Shown: piece by piece, positions 1 to 10,331 of the stretch
How positions within the stretch are numbered: the stretch's first letter is position 1
Layout of the letters: the number at the start of each line of letters is the position of its first letter
DNA from: Selaginella moellendorffii
Lineage: Eukaryota > Plantae > Lycopodiophyta
Assembly: GCF_000143415.4 (NCBI RefSeq)
Contig: NW_003314380.1
Span: forward strand, 268,924-332,923
Reading direction: 5' to 3'
DNA: 64,000 nucleotides
Program-made: the position numbers and the translations under genes
Notes under the pieces: model-generated
Databases searched by the model: none
Told to the model about the DNA's origin: nothing
The model's input: the letters and a program-made list of their open reading frames with translations, nothing else

Positions 1-2801
1 GAGGCTCGCCGTGACGAGGCTTCTCTCACGTCCATGCAACGTGAGCTCATGAAGAAAGACGTTAACCTTGTGAGGGCACAGGCGGAGACTGCACAGCTTC
101 GAGCACATATCTCGGCCATAGAGGACGCAGTGCAGTCTAGTAGCTACGTAAGTTTTTCTTCCTTTTGTGTCTTTTTATTTCATGACCAAGTCTTACTTCT
201 CTCAGAATGAAGAAGCGAAAAAAGAGGTTCAGAAAGCTCAAGAGAGAGCACTTGCAGCAGAGGAGGAGGTGCACCGACGGGATAGAGAGATTAATCGTTT
301 GAGGCAGCGGCTCAAGTGTATAGAAAGCGAGAAGACACGGGTAGATGAGAACTTGAAAGCCAATCTGGCAATGCTACAGCAAGACAAAGTTGGGGTGCTT
401 AAAGAGAATCGCATCATACTTGACCAGGTAAATGCTTTTTACGTAGATTTTGCTCGTCTTGTAATTTTCTTGTTCTGGTGTTTTTCAGCTTGCACGCAAA
501 GATCAAGAGCTAACGCACAAGCTGGATGACATTAAGAAGCTTCAAGCAACGATCGCATCTATGGCAGATTATCATAACCAGTTTAAGACGGAGCATGAAG
601 CAGCATATGCATCCCTACAAGATAAGCTGGCACAGGAAGGAGATGCAAAAGCTACAATGAAGGTCCGTTTTTTTCTTTAACTATTTTCAATCGGTTTCTA
701 AGAACCTTTGCATGCCAGAAAGAAGCGGAGGATTTGACAAGGAAATGCGAGTTGCTTGAGAAAGAAAAAGAATGCCTAAATGTTCAGGTCGAGAAAATGC
801 TTGAGAAGATGAATTCGGCAACTTTGCACGACAGTGTAAGCGATGTTTCCAAATGCTCGCAAGTTTGTGACACAAGATTCTGTGTGTCAGGCACAGTGCT
901 CTTCAGAGTCTCAATCAAGGACGTCTGAAGCCATTGCAGCTGGTATTCTTGAACACCTACGAATACTGACGAACCACATGATAAAACTGGAGGCTTCTTT
1001 TGGCAGACACACTAGAGGGCCGGGGTTGTACAGTTCTTTGCACAAGATCGACGTTAACTTGGAGCTAGCGTTGAAGTCTTTTAGACGTAGCAGTGGTAAG
1101 GCCGGGGGTATTGGAGGGAAGCTTCAGCAGCTTCCGGAAATACAGGAGTGGCCACAGCCACGGGACGAGGATTCATCGGCAAGATCTCATTGCGTGCTGA
1201 ATCAGACAGTTCAAACAGATGGCGAGCTGTCCAAGTTTCTGGAATGGCTTGATAAACCGGAGAAGTATCTGTGCGTCAGAGATGCGAAAACACAGACATC
1301 AGGTGTAGGATCATCACAGTTGCAGCTGTGTTCTCGGAGCGGAGTAGAAGAAGAGGCTAGATGGCTTGCATGGAAGTGGAGGTGGCTAAGTACGGCTTTA
1401 AAAGCAAAGCTCCTCTCCAAGCAGCTGAGATATTCAAGAACCACCGGTAAGGTCCAGGCGCACGGTGGCAAGTCGTGCTTGAAGAATGGGCAGGGCAGCA
1501 TCCTGGGAACGATGGAAAGGGAGCTCAGAGTAGTGATGGGAGAGAGCATCGTTCGGATGTTCCTTCAACTCTGGAGAACGTATCGGAGGAGTTCAAAGGC
1601 CGAAAGAAAGGCTCTGTCCAAGGACTTGCCTTTGGACAAGGTGGTGGCGGTGTTTCCCTGGTGGATACGGAGGGTGGGAGAGAAGAGACGCTTGGAACGC
1701 TCGTTCTGCCAATGGTACTACTTGGCTTCCTGTTCAGTGAAGAGGCAAAGCTACCACATGGAGGAGTTTTACTTTCATCCGCACTCCTGCTATTCACGTC
1801 CCCCGGCGGCGGATGAGTATCTTTCAGTGAGGCGGAAGGTACCGAAATTCAAGTACCAGGACAACAGCTCGGACGGAAATGCTCCTCAACAAGGACTGGT
1901 CGTTCGGAAAAAGGAGCTTGACGTGGAGAGAGGCGGCCTTGATCTGGCTAAACCCGACAAGCGACAACTCATGTTAACATCTACACACTACACAGGATCA
2001 ACTTTTACTGCTCGAGCTTTACGAACTCTACAGGTATGGGGACAACAACACTGTGCTATTGCCGGCCATTTTCGCTTAAAAAATGAAAGCTCATTCTTTG
2101 CTTTCAGGTGTCCCTCCAACAAGAGTTCCAAGACCTCCAGCAGCTACTGGCCAAGGAAATGGAAGCAAGCCAGGTAACATAGAGCACTCTATATGTTTTC
2201 ACTTTAGTTTGACCGTGGCAAAAACACGTCACAGGTGTCGACTGGGCACCTCGACAACGAGAAGTCCACCCAGAGGAGGCGTATGACGTTCCTGTGGGAA
2301 GTTTGCAACAATCTGGCCAACGCTCTCATGGACGCGCACAAGCAACTCGTGTCGCTGGACCGGGAGTTCAGCCTGCGCGTGTGCAATTACCTGGAGCTCT
2401 CGGCCAACTCAAACTGCGAGCCAAAGCAGGCGCCACAGAACAGCCCGCGCGGGATGAGAGGCGGCGGTGGTGGCGGCCCAGCAAAGAGCCCGACGTCGAG
2501 AGGCTTGCGACCGACCGATCCAGTGCTGAGGTTCACGGACGATTATCCGGGAGCGCGAGCAGCCGAGAGGAAGGGCCGTCACTACGCTCCCCATGGCTGC
2601 GTGAGCGTGAGCACGACGAGGAAGCCGGGCGGATCGTCGTCGTCGAGGAAGAAGGCATGCATTGCTTCGCAGTGTGCGGCTATCTTGCAGTCCGAGGCGA
2701 GGAGGTATGGGCAGGATACGTTTGACAAAGGAACCATGGTGCAGGAGGAGTTTGTTCTGTCACCGCGTTTCACTGCGAGGAAACCACCTTGGACAAGATG
2801 A
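1..2801 (+). CDS. Multi-exon coiled-coil protein of unknown function; 5' end lies outside the window
   Basis: ORF pieces with E/K/Q-rich heptad-like sequence (EEAKKEVQKAQERALAAEEEVHRRDREINRL) are separated by short GT-AG introns, followed by a long exon (~891-2032) and a final exon ending KPPWTR-stop at 2801. I do not recognise the family. Confidence 0.6.
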
Positions 2802-4104
2802 TGTTGTATTTTAACTACTTTGATTTAAAAATCTTAATTTAAATCTAATACTATAAAACCACCACTTTGTGATTGGAGGCGACACATTATTGTTATTACT
2901 GCAGTTGCTAGCAATTTAAGTGTTGATTTCTAACAGCAACAACATTCTACTTCTTATGATATAGATAATAGGTTACTTAGGGGTTTGATCATAGTGGTGC
3001 TATGTTCATCTTATAAGTTCTGATGGTCTAGGGAAAAACATTTAAATTTCTTTGCAGATAACATACTCCTTTACAGCGTGTAGACACCCATTTGTGACTT
3101 GCAATCCCAGTAAACAAGCACATTTGTGAAGTTTGGCACAGGAAATATGGCATAAGTGACACCATGCAATTGGAAGCGCATCAACAATGCATGCAGATGT
3201 TAAGGAATTCTATCATGCTACTACTACATTATCAATGCATCAAGTGGCCCTCATTAGCAGTGGAGTTAAAAATATCCACATGTTGTTGGTACTATCATTG
3301 CTTTAGCTACAAATGCTCAAGATCACTTCAATATACTGGTTTTTTATTTAGTGATTTTGCATCCACGGAGAAGCTTATTTGGGGTTACGAAGTTGGATGG
3401 GCAAGAAGTTTGCATAACTCAAACGTTTTTAAAAACCTGCTAACTGAGACATCAAATCTGGCTTGCTTGTCGTGGTAGGCGTACCTATTTCTTGCTGTTA
3501 GGTATTTTGAAAACATAGCAACAAGGACATTGTTCTAGGAGTTTTGGCTTTAAATTCAGATGTATTACTGATAAAAGAAAGGGCTTATATTTGTACAATT
3601 TTTGTTCAATAAAGAGGTGTTATTTAGTTTTTAATCTTTGGATAGAAGAACAACTAGAAATCAACTGGCACAAAATTGAATGAGCATGCAATAAATGTTG
3701 TAGCACAGCACTTGGTTTAAGGGCCTTGACAGGAGCATAGTTGCATCTTATTACTAACAGATATTGCACTCTTGAATTGAGCACTTTGGGTATGATAGCT
3801 CACATATCACAATTGAGATGATGCAATTTCGCAAATTAGGGTGGAAACACTCCAAACCATAGATCCATGACATTAGACCATATCATCATGTAGGTTCTTA
3901 TAGGCTTACCACTTGTATGTATAATATATAGGTAGCATTCGAAAGTTCTCAATCGAGAAGCGCACAAGATGTCAGATGGAGTCTCTTTCATGGTCCAATT
4001 GAGGAAACGTATAACTCATTCAATCAACTCATTGACTTTTTTGTTTTACATATCCCAGGCTGGTTTAATTTCCAGCTGTCATGTCAACTCTTCCTCTAAT
4101 CATG

Positions 4105-4143
4105 GATAGATAAATAGATAGATAAATAGATAGATAAATAAAT
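4105..4143. repeat. (GATA/AATA)n microsatellite, probable LINE 3' tail
   Basis: Sequence gatagataaatagatagataaatagatagataaataaat. Confidence 0.9.
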
Positions 4144-4960
4144 GTTTTGAGTCACCACAGCACCTGGTTAGGCATGAGACTATACTAACACTTACTATAT
4201 CTCTCTAAATGTTAAGTTCATTGTGTCAATTAAGGTGTTTTTCCATGGCTTTGAGAGCATCTGCAAATGTCACAAGATTGTAAGGTGGGTGAAAGTTGAG
4301 TATGGGGAAGTAAAGGTGTAGTTCTAGATATGTCAAACACTGGTAGATCACATGTTAGAGATCTTTTTCAAGCCAGCAAAGCAGGCAGTCTCAATGCTCT
4401 CATAGAGTTAATTGTGACTTGAGCCAAGTTGTCACAATATGGAGATGGTGTGCATCAGTTCTGTAGCATAGGAAAATTCTACATGCGTTGGGACTGATGA
4501 AATGATATAGTGGGAGTCCAGGTTGATGTGTAGCAAGTATTCTTGGAAAAGTGGTTTTGCATCAGCCTTTGCAAGCCATCCTTTGAGAGCAAACTCAACC
4601 CATGCATGAGGGGCTGGTTGAATGAGGAGCACTTCCAAGTGAATTCCCATGCTGTTTAGTCCACCATCCAGTTTGGAGTTTGTTGGTGGAGTTGGCAATC
4701 ACAATAACCACACATCGATCCGTAGTCTCATGTCTGGTTGTGAGAATAAATTGCGTTGTTTCTTTCCAGGCTTAGATCTCCACTAGGACTAGTCCTATCT
4801 CCATGCAAAAGATTCCATAAGGTGTCTTTTCCCATGTCCAAAAGTCATGATATCTCTAGCTGTGCTCAACATATTGCTAAAATGCATGGTCCCCATACTT
4901 CACATCCATATGTTGTGACCCACATATTGAAGTGTTGTTTCCTCGCAACCCAGCTATAGA
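4105..4960 (-). mobile_element. Decayed 3' fragment of a non-LTR retrotransposon (RTE/RTEX/CR1-like) with a microsatellite tail
   Basis: Minus-strand translation gives VTTYGCEVWGP (YGCEVWG at 4910-4890), TPYGIFCMEIGL, YRTDAHHLHIVTTW and a degenerate C/H finger (HVIYQC), in the order expected C-terminal to RT, with stops and frameshifts. It ends in a (TATC/TATT)n tail at 4143-4105. The 5' boundary is approximate. Confidence 0.6.
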
Positions 4961-5507
4961 GAGAGCATTGTGTAGCAAGTGGAGAAGGACCACCTCCCCT
5001 TGTCATTACACAGCCAATGAAAAGCTATCTCCACCAGAAGTTGTTACAAGACATTCTATTGACAATCTTAATTAGGCTTTGCAATTTAGATGAGCCTTCT
5101 GCTAATCTTGTGTATGAACTTGGTATATATTAATACCATGCTTACAAAGTGAAATGATATAGTTTGCATCAGAAGTGCCTGTAATAACAACATTAAAAAC
5201 CAATCTATGTTTGAGTTTTAAAAGTGTTAGAATATTAGTTGGGATTCAGTGATGAAACCTCCAAGGTTCCTCGAAGATCCTTTAGACAGTATAGTAGTAT
5301 TACTCGTTTCTTTAGGATACAGGTCTAATGCCCGGGTCTTTCATAAACAACAAAGATATTTACTTATCTTTTGTTTTCTTATTCTCGCAATGCTGGCCAA
5401 AGAGAAGATCCCCACCTCATGCTCCTCGTAAAAAGTAGTTCAAAGATTCTCTTCCCAGGCCAAAAGCTTGGTCAAAAAGTTAAAAAGAGGACAAAACAAA
5501 CTAAAAG

Positions 5508-5578
5508 TGCACTGCCCGGGAATCGAACCCGGGTCTGTACCGTGGCAGGGTACTATTCTACCACTAGACCAGCAGTGC
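5508..5578 (-). tRNA. tRNA-Gly-GCC: tRNA-Gly(GCC)
   Basis: Reverse complement is GCACTGCTGGTCTAGTGGTAGAATAGTACCCTGCCACGGTACAGACCCGGGTTCGATTCCCGGGCAGTGCA (71 nt). It has a 7-bp acceptor stem, GCC anticodon, intact A and B boxes, and T-runs just downstream as a Pol III terminator. Confidence 0.97.
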
Positions 5579-6544
5579 CCCACACATGTCAAGTGAGTCT
5601 GAGCTTGAACACTAGTCTTGAGACGCCAAGAAAATAACAAGACCATAAGTGGAATGAAAAAATCAGAATCCAAACTCAGCAAGTAAAAGAATACAGGAAA
5701 AAGGAAAAAATGTTTGCGTAAGCGTAAGCGCGGGATTTGTTTTCTTGTTGTTGCTTGCCAGCTTTTGCCGAGATTCCTTCCTTGTAACAATGCATGATCG
5801 ATTTTAAAGGAATACAGGATGGAAATATAAGTAGACACGTTGGGTCGCAAAACATATATATTATATAATTAAATCTTTTTGTGCCCAACTGAGAAGCGTC
5901 TCTAGGGCTTCTTGTGGAGCACGTGTGGGAGGGTGTGTAAAACGTTTTTCTGGAATTTTGGAAAAGGGAAAGAAATTCCGTAATTCCCAGCTCTTTAATT
6001 TTTTAGTTTAAAAATATGGCCGCAAAAGGTAACGCGGGGATGGGTTATAAAAAGCCCTGGAGAGAATGAGACCTCTGACCAAAGCAAAGGGTTGTAAATT
6101 TCTCCTCGTGTCTCTCTCTCTAGTTCACTTACAAGCTGTTTGTTTGGACGTACGAACAAACAAAAAGAAAGGATCGCCACAGTGGGTGGTGGTGGATCGA
6201 TCGAGTTGAAGGGGCAATTCCAGTCCAGAGGAGCCAATTGATCGCGACAGACGATCCAAAAATCCCGCGTTTACTCGCTTCGAAAGGAGAGCGACGAAGA
6301 TCATCGCGTTAAGGGCGCCCAAGAGAAAAGGAGAAGGAAAAAAATAAAAAGAGGAGAGGAGAGTGAAGAGCCCAAGAACAGGGGAGAATCACACGCGCGC
6401 GCGCGCGCTTTCTCTCTCTGTGATCTGGTCTTGAGCCTATTTCCGGGCCCTGCGAGAGGAATCTTCACAGATTTCTTGTCCTCCACTCCCCTGGCGCCGC
6501 CGATTTCTTCCTCCTCGCGATTCTCCTCATCTCCGCCAATTCGA

Positions 6545-8125
6545 ATGGAAGAAAACTCCCCCAAATACTCCACTCCAGGCCCGGTCTCGTCCCCAGCTCC
6601 ATCGGTGGTGATCATCGGCGCAGGCATTGCCGGCATTGCCGCGGCACGGGCGCTCCAAGACCGCGGCATCGAGGTAACGCTCCTGGAATCCAGCGCCAGG
6701 ATTGGCGGGCGGATCCACACCGACAAAAGCTCTCTTACCACCCCCGGCGGTACAGCGGTGCCCGTCGACATGGGCGCGTCGTGGATCCACGGCGCCACCC
6801 CGGGCCACAATCCCATCGCCACCGCGGCGCTGGACGTCCTTCAGCTCGCCACGCACCAGACCGCCGGGGAGGGATCGTTGCTCTACGACCACGACGTGCA
6901 GCGCGGCTTCGCGCTCTACACCCGCGACGGCGTACGGATACCGCGCGACACGGTACGGCAGTTTGAGTCATGGTTTAGGGCAGCCGTGGAGGCCGAGCGG
7001 CGCGACGCGCGGTACGAATCCGACGCTAGCCTCGAGGACACGATCAACAGAATGGTGGCCGAGCACAAGCTCCAGGGCAGCGTCGACGAGGAGATTCTGG
7101 GCTTCTACGTGTGCAGGATAGAGGGCTGGTTTGCCGCCGATTCGTCACGAATCTCCCCGAAGAGCTGGATCGAGGAAGAGTTTCACGAGGGCGGGCATTT
7201 GCTGGTTTCCAAGGGCTACTCGCAGCTGGTCGAGTCCTTGGCCCGCGGCATCGACATCCGGCTAGGACACCGAGCTGTCCGGGTCACGCAGCAAATGCCC
7301 GGTCTGGGCATTTGCAGCAAACCCCACGTCCAGGTATCATGCAAGAATGGGATTGAGATTCGAGCCGACGCGGCGATCGTAGCGGTGCCACTGGGGATCC
7401 TCCAAAGCAATGTAATCGATTTCCAACCCGAGCTCCCCGAGTGGAAGCGCGACGCCATCTCAAGCCTCGAGGTCGGCCACCAGAACAAGATCGCGCTGCT
7501 TTTCGAGTCGCTGTTTTGGGACGAGGACGCCGAGTTCCTGGGCTGCGCCACCGGCGCGCCGCGCGGCTGCAGCTACTTCCTCAGCCTCTACCCGACGCTA
7601 CGCCGCGCGGTTCTCGTCTACATGCCCGTTGGCGAGCTCTCCAGGCGCATCGAGCGGATGGGCGATGAGGAAGCGACCGCTTTTGCCATGGAGAAGGTGC
7701 GAGCGATGCTCCCCGGGGCCCCGGACCCGGTGTCGTCGCTCATCTCGAGGTGGTCGCTGGACGAGAACTTCCTGTGCTGCTACAGCAACGATCCGTCTCC
7801 AAACGGGTCGGATCTCTTCGAGAGGATGGCGATGCCGGCGTCGGAGCTGCTCTACTTTGCTGGCGAGGCGAGCAGCCCCGACTTCTCGGGGACGGTGCAC
7901 GGCGCGTACGAGAGCGGCGTCGCGGCGGCCGAGCAAATAGTGGAGTCCCTGTCGAGGAGGCGGAGGAGCCAGCGGCCGGAGGAACAGCAGCCGCCACCAT
8001 CACTGCCGCTGGCATCATTGAAAAGCGGCGGCTTGAGTCGGCCAGTTGTCTCTAGCTGCAACTTTGCTGCCCATCTCCTGTCCCTGGACGCTGCAAACGC
8101 TACATTGACACAGGTGATGCATTGA
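6545..8125 (+). CDS. PAO: Flavin-dependent polyamine oxidase (PAO2/3/4-like), intronless
   Basis: Motifs VVIIGAGIAGIAAA (FAD), RIGGRIHT, VDMGASWIHG, GHQNKIALLF (catalytic Lys) and YFAGEA...GTVHGAYESGVAAA in one uninterrupted ORF. The first ATG is at 6545; the ORF track starts at a TTG. Confidence 0.93.
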   Translation: MEENSPKYSTPGPVSSPAPSVVIIGAGIAGIAAARALQDRGIEVTLLESSARIGGRIHTDKSSLTTPGGTAVPVDMGASWIHGATPGHNPIATAALDVLQLATHQTAGEGSLLYDHDVQRGFALYTRDGVRIPRDTVRQFESWFRAAVEAERRDARYESDASLEDTINRMVAEHKLQGSVDEEILGFYVCRIEGWFAADSSRISPKSWIEEEFHEGGHLLVSKGYSQLVESLARGIDIRLGHRAVRVTQQMPGLGICSKPHVQVSCKNGIEIRADAAIVAVPLGILQSNVIDFQPELPEWKRDAISSLEVGHQNKIALLFESLFWDEDAEFLGCATGAPRGCSYFLSLYPTLRRAVLVYMPVGELSRRIERMGDEEATAFAMEKVRAMLPGAPDPVSSLISRWSLDENFLCCYSNDPSPNGSDLFERMAMPASELLYFAGEASSPDFSGTVHGAYESGVAAAEQIVESLSRRRRSQRPEEQQPPPSLPLASLKSGGLSRPVVSSCNFAAHLLSLDAANATLTQVMH

Positions 8126-8403
8126 CTTTGGAAAGAAAACGTTAAGAAGATAATTGAAAAGCAAGCACCTCTCTTGACAACTCCAAATCAGAAATGAATA
8201 CCTGTCGAGCTTTTTCTACTTTCTCAAGGGTGGTCCCCTCCTCCTCTCTATCCTTTTGCTTTTAACGAAGAATCTTAGATAAAAACTGTTGTGCTAGTTC
8301 ATACCCTGCAGATCATGATCACGCGTGTGTCAGCTGCAAAGGGCAACGAATCTACGTAAACACACTAAAGAGAGGTGTGGAATGGAAATGGAAAGATCGC
8401 GAG

Positions 8404-10076
8404 TTACCTGGTTCCCGCAAAATTTCCTTTTGTTACCGCTGCAAGCTCTTCGATCAGTCTCCTCTCGTCGCTGCTGAGACGTTTCGGGATCTCCACTTGG
8501 ACGCGAACTAGCTGATCGCCCCTCAAGGTTGGCTTGCCGAGGATCGGGACGCCCTTCTTGGACATGACGAGGGTGGTGCCCGGTTGAGTCCCCGGAGGTA
8601 TTCTCAGATCAACGGGGCCGTCCACGGTGGGAACTTTGATGGTCGTGCCGAGGATGGCGTCGATGTACGACACCTTTGCCGAGATAACAATATTGTTCCC
8701 TTCACGCTTCAGCTCCGCGTCCGATCGGACTTTGATAAACACGTACAGATCGCCTGGAGGACCGTTGTTCTTGCCTGCGTTTCCTTCCGACCGCACACGG
8801 AGCCTGCTGCCCGAGTCCACTCCTGCTGGAACTTTGAGATTTATCCGCTTCGATTTCCTGACTCTGCCGTCGCCAGAGCAGGTACTGCAAGGTGTGGACG
8901 TTTGGCCAGTTCCCCCGCAGGAAGGACAGGTCGAGACTTGTCTAAACATCCCCAGGGGTGTTTGAGCCGTGGAGACCACCTGTCCTTGGCCACCACACTG
9001 GCTACAGTTCACAGGTGTTGTCCCCGGCTTGGCCCCGCTGCCATTACACGTAGCACATGACTCGAGGCGAACTGTTTCGATTTCCTTGTCGGTGCCAAAG
9101 ACCGCCTCTTTGAACTCCAATTGCAAATCGTATCTCTCGTCGTCACCCTGCATTGGCCGGTTCCGAGCTTGCCGACCTCCCATACCCCCCATGCCACCAC
9201 CCATACCACCAAAAAACGCCTCAAAGAGATCAAATGGATTCGAAAAGCCCTGAGCAAAGCAAGCAAGGAGTAAGGAAAATAACAACAAAGTTCAAAGACT
9301 CACTGCTCCAGCTCCAGCTCCTTTCAAACCAGCTTCACCATATTTATCGTAGATGGATCGTTTATCGTCATCAGACAGAACCTATCCACCAAAAAGCATC
9401 TTAGACAAAGCCCATCACCAAAGCAGAAATGTGAGCTTACCTCGTACGCATTACTGATCTCTTTAAACTTTTTGTCTGCATCTGGTTCTCTGGTACACAA
9501 ATCCAAGTGTTTAGAACTCCCACAGGAGCAATGTAGAACACTCACTTGTTTACATCCGGATGGAACTGCCGTGCGAGCTTCCTGTAAGCTGCTCCAAACA
9601 AATGCCTAAATCAAGCGTACTGTTCTTAACTCCTTAAGAGAAAATTGGATAGCCCCGACTTACCGGTTTTGATCTCCGCCTTGCTAGCAGTCTTTGGCAC
9701 GCCAAGAATGTCGTAGTACTCCTGCGAAATCCCAGAAGCAATCAAAAGATGAAAGGAGATCGAAGTAGAAAATATTACATTTTCTGCTCGAGCTATGAGC
9801 CGCTTGCGACGACACTGCCGTGATTGCAGTGGCTTGCGCACACTGAAAGGCATCGTGGAAAGGATTCCATTGCAGGAGAAGCTCAATCCACAGGCATCCT
9901 TCCTGAGGGATTATCGCGAATAAGAAACAAGCAAACAGAGAGCTCTCTTACTTGTAAGAAGGAAACGAGCACGACGCCGCTCCAATCGAGCCGGCGAATC
10001 CTTGCTGCGCGGAGATGGCGCTGCTGCTCCTCTGCTGCGCCGGGAATCGCCCAGCCGTGGCTGCCGCGGCCGCCAT
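8404..10076 (-). CDS. DnaJ: Chloroplast-type class A DnaJ chaperone (DJA5/DJA6-like), multi-exon
   Basis: A/S/R-rich transit-like N-terminus from ATG 10076, J-domain exons ([17 protein letters not shown]; FHPDV; [10 protein letters not shown]), a G/F region, four CxxCxGxG repeats and the C-terminal domain ending at 8404. Confidence 0.93.
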
Positions 10077-10107
10077 TGCGAGCTTGCCCTCGTTCCTCTC
10101 CTTCCGC

Positions 10108-10270
10108 AAACCCTAGAAAATTCCAGAATAGAATGTTCCAGGCAGTGGAGATTTTTATTTTTCTCGTTTGACTCTTAGGGTTTTAGCTAGGGTTTATCTG
10201 ATTAGCGCCCGCCACGTCGCGCAATGCATGGGCGATCTCGAGCATGCATTCGTCCCGGCTCCAAATAAAT
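10108..10270. promoter_or_regulatory. Bidirectional promoter region with telo-box-like motifs, an ABRE and two RY elements
   Basis: AAACCCTA at 10108-10115 and TAGGGTTT motifs at ~10176-10195. GACGTGGC (minus strand) at 10211-10218. TGCATG at 10225-10230 and CATGCA at 10243-10248. TATA-like AAATAAAT at ~10263. The two ATGs are 255 bp apart. Confidence 0.6.
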
Positions 10271-10331
10271 TCCCCTCCTCGATCGATTCTTTCTCATCCT
10301 GCCTCCCAGTGCTCTCCTTCTCGATCAAGCA

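Noticed and set aside
5380-5507. Dicistronic tRNA-Gly-snoRNA as known from Arabidopsis
   Set aside because: T-runs follow the tRNA immediately, and I see no convincing C/D box pair downstream.
5995-6545. Conserved-peptide uORF of PAO2/3
   Set aside because: Upstream ATG ORFs (MAAKGNAG..., MRPLTKAK...) do not resemble the peptide as I recall it, and they may lie upstream of the TSS.
6301-8061. Many overlapping antisense and alternate-frame ORFs in the PAO (also in the MYB and bicupin genes)
   Set aside because: These are expected by-products of GC-rich coding DNA with few stop codons.
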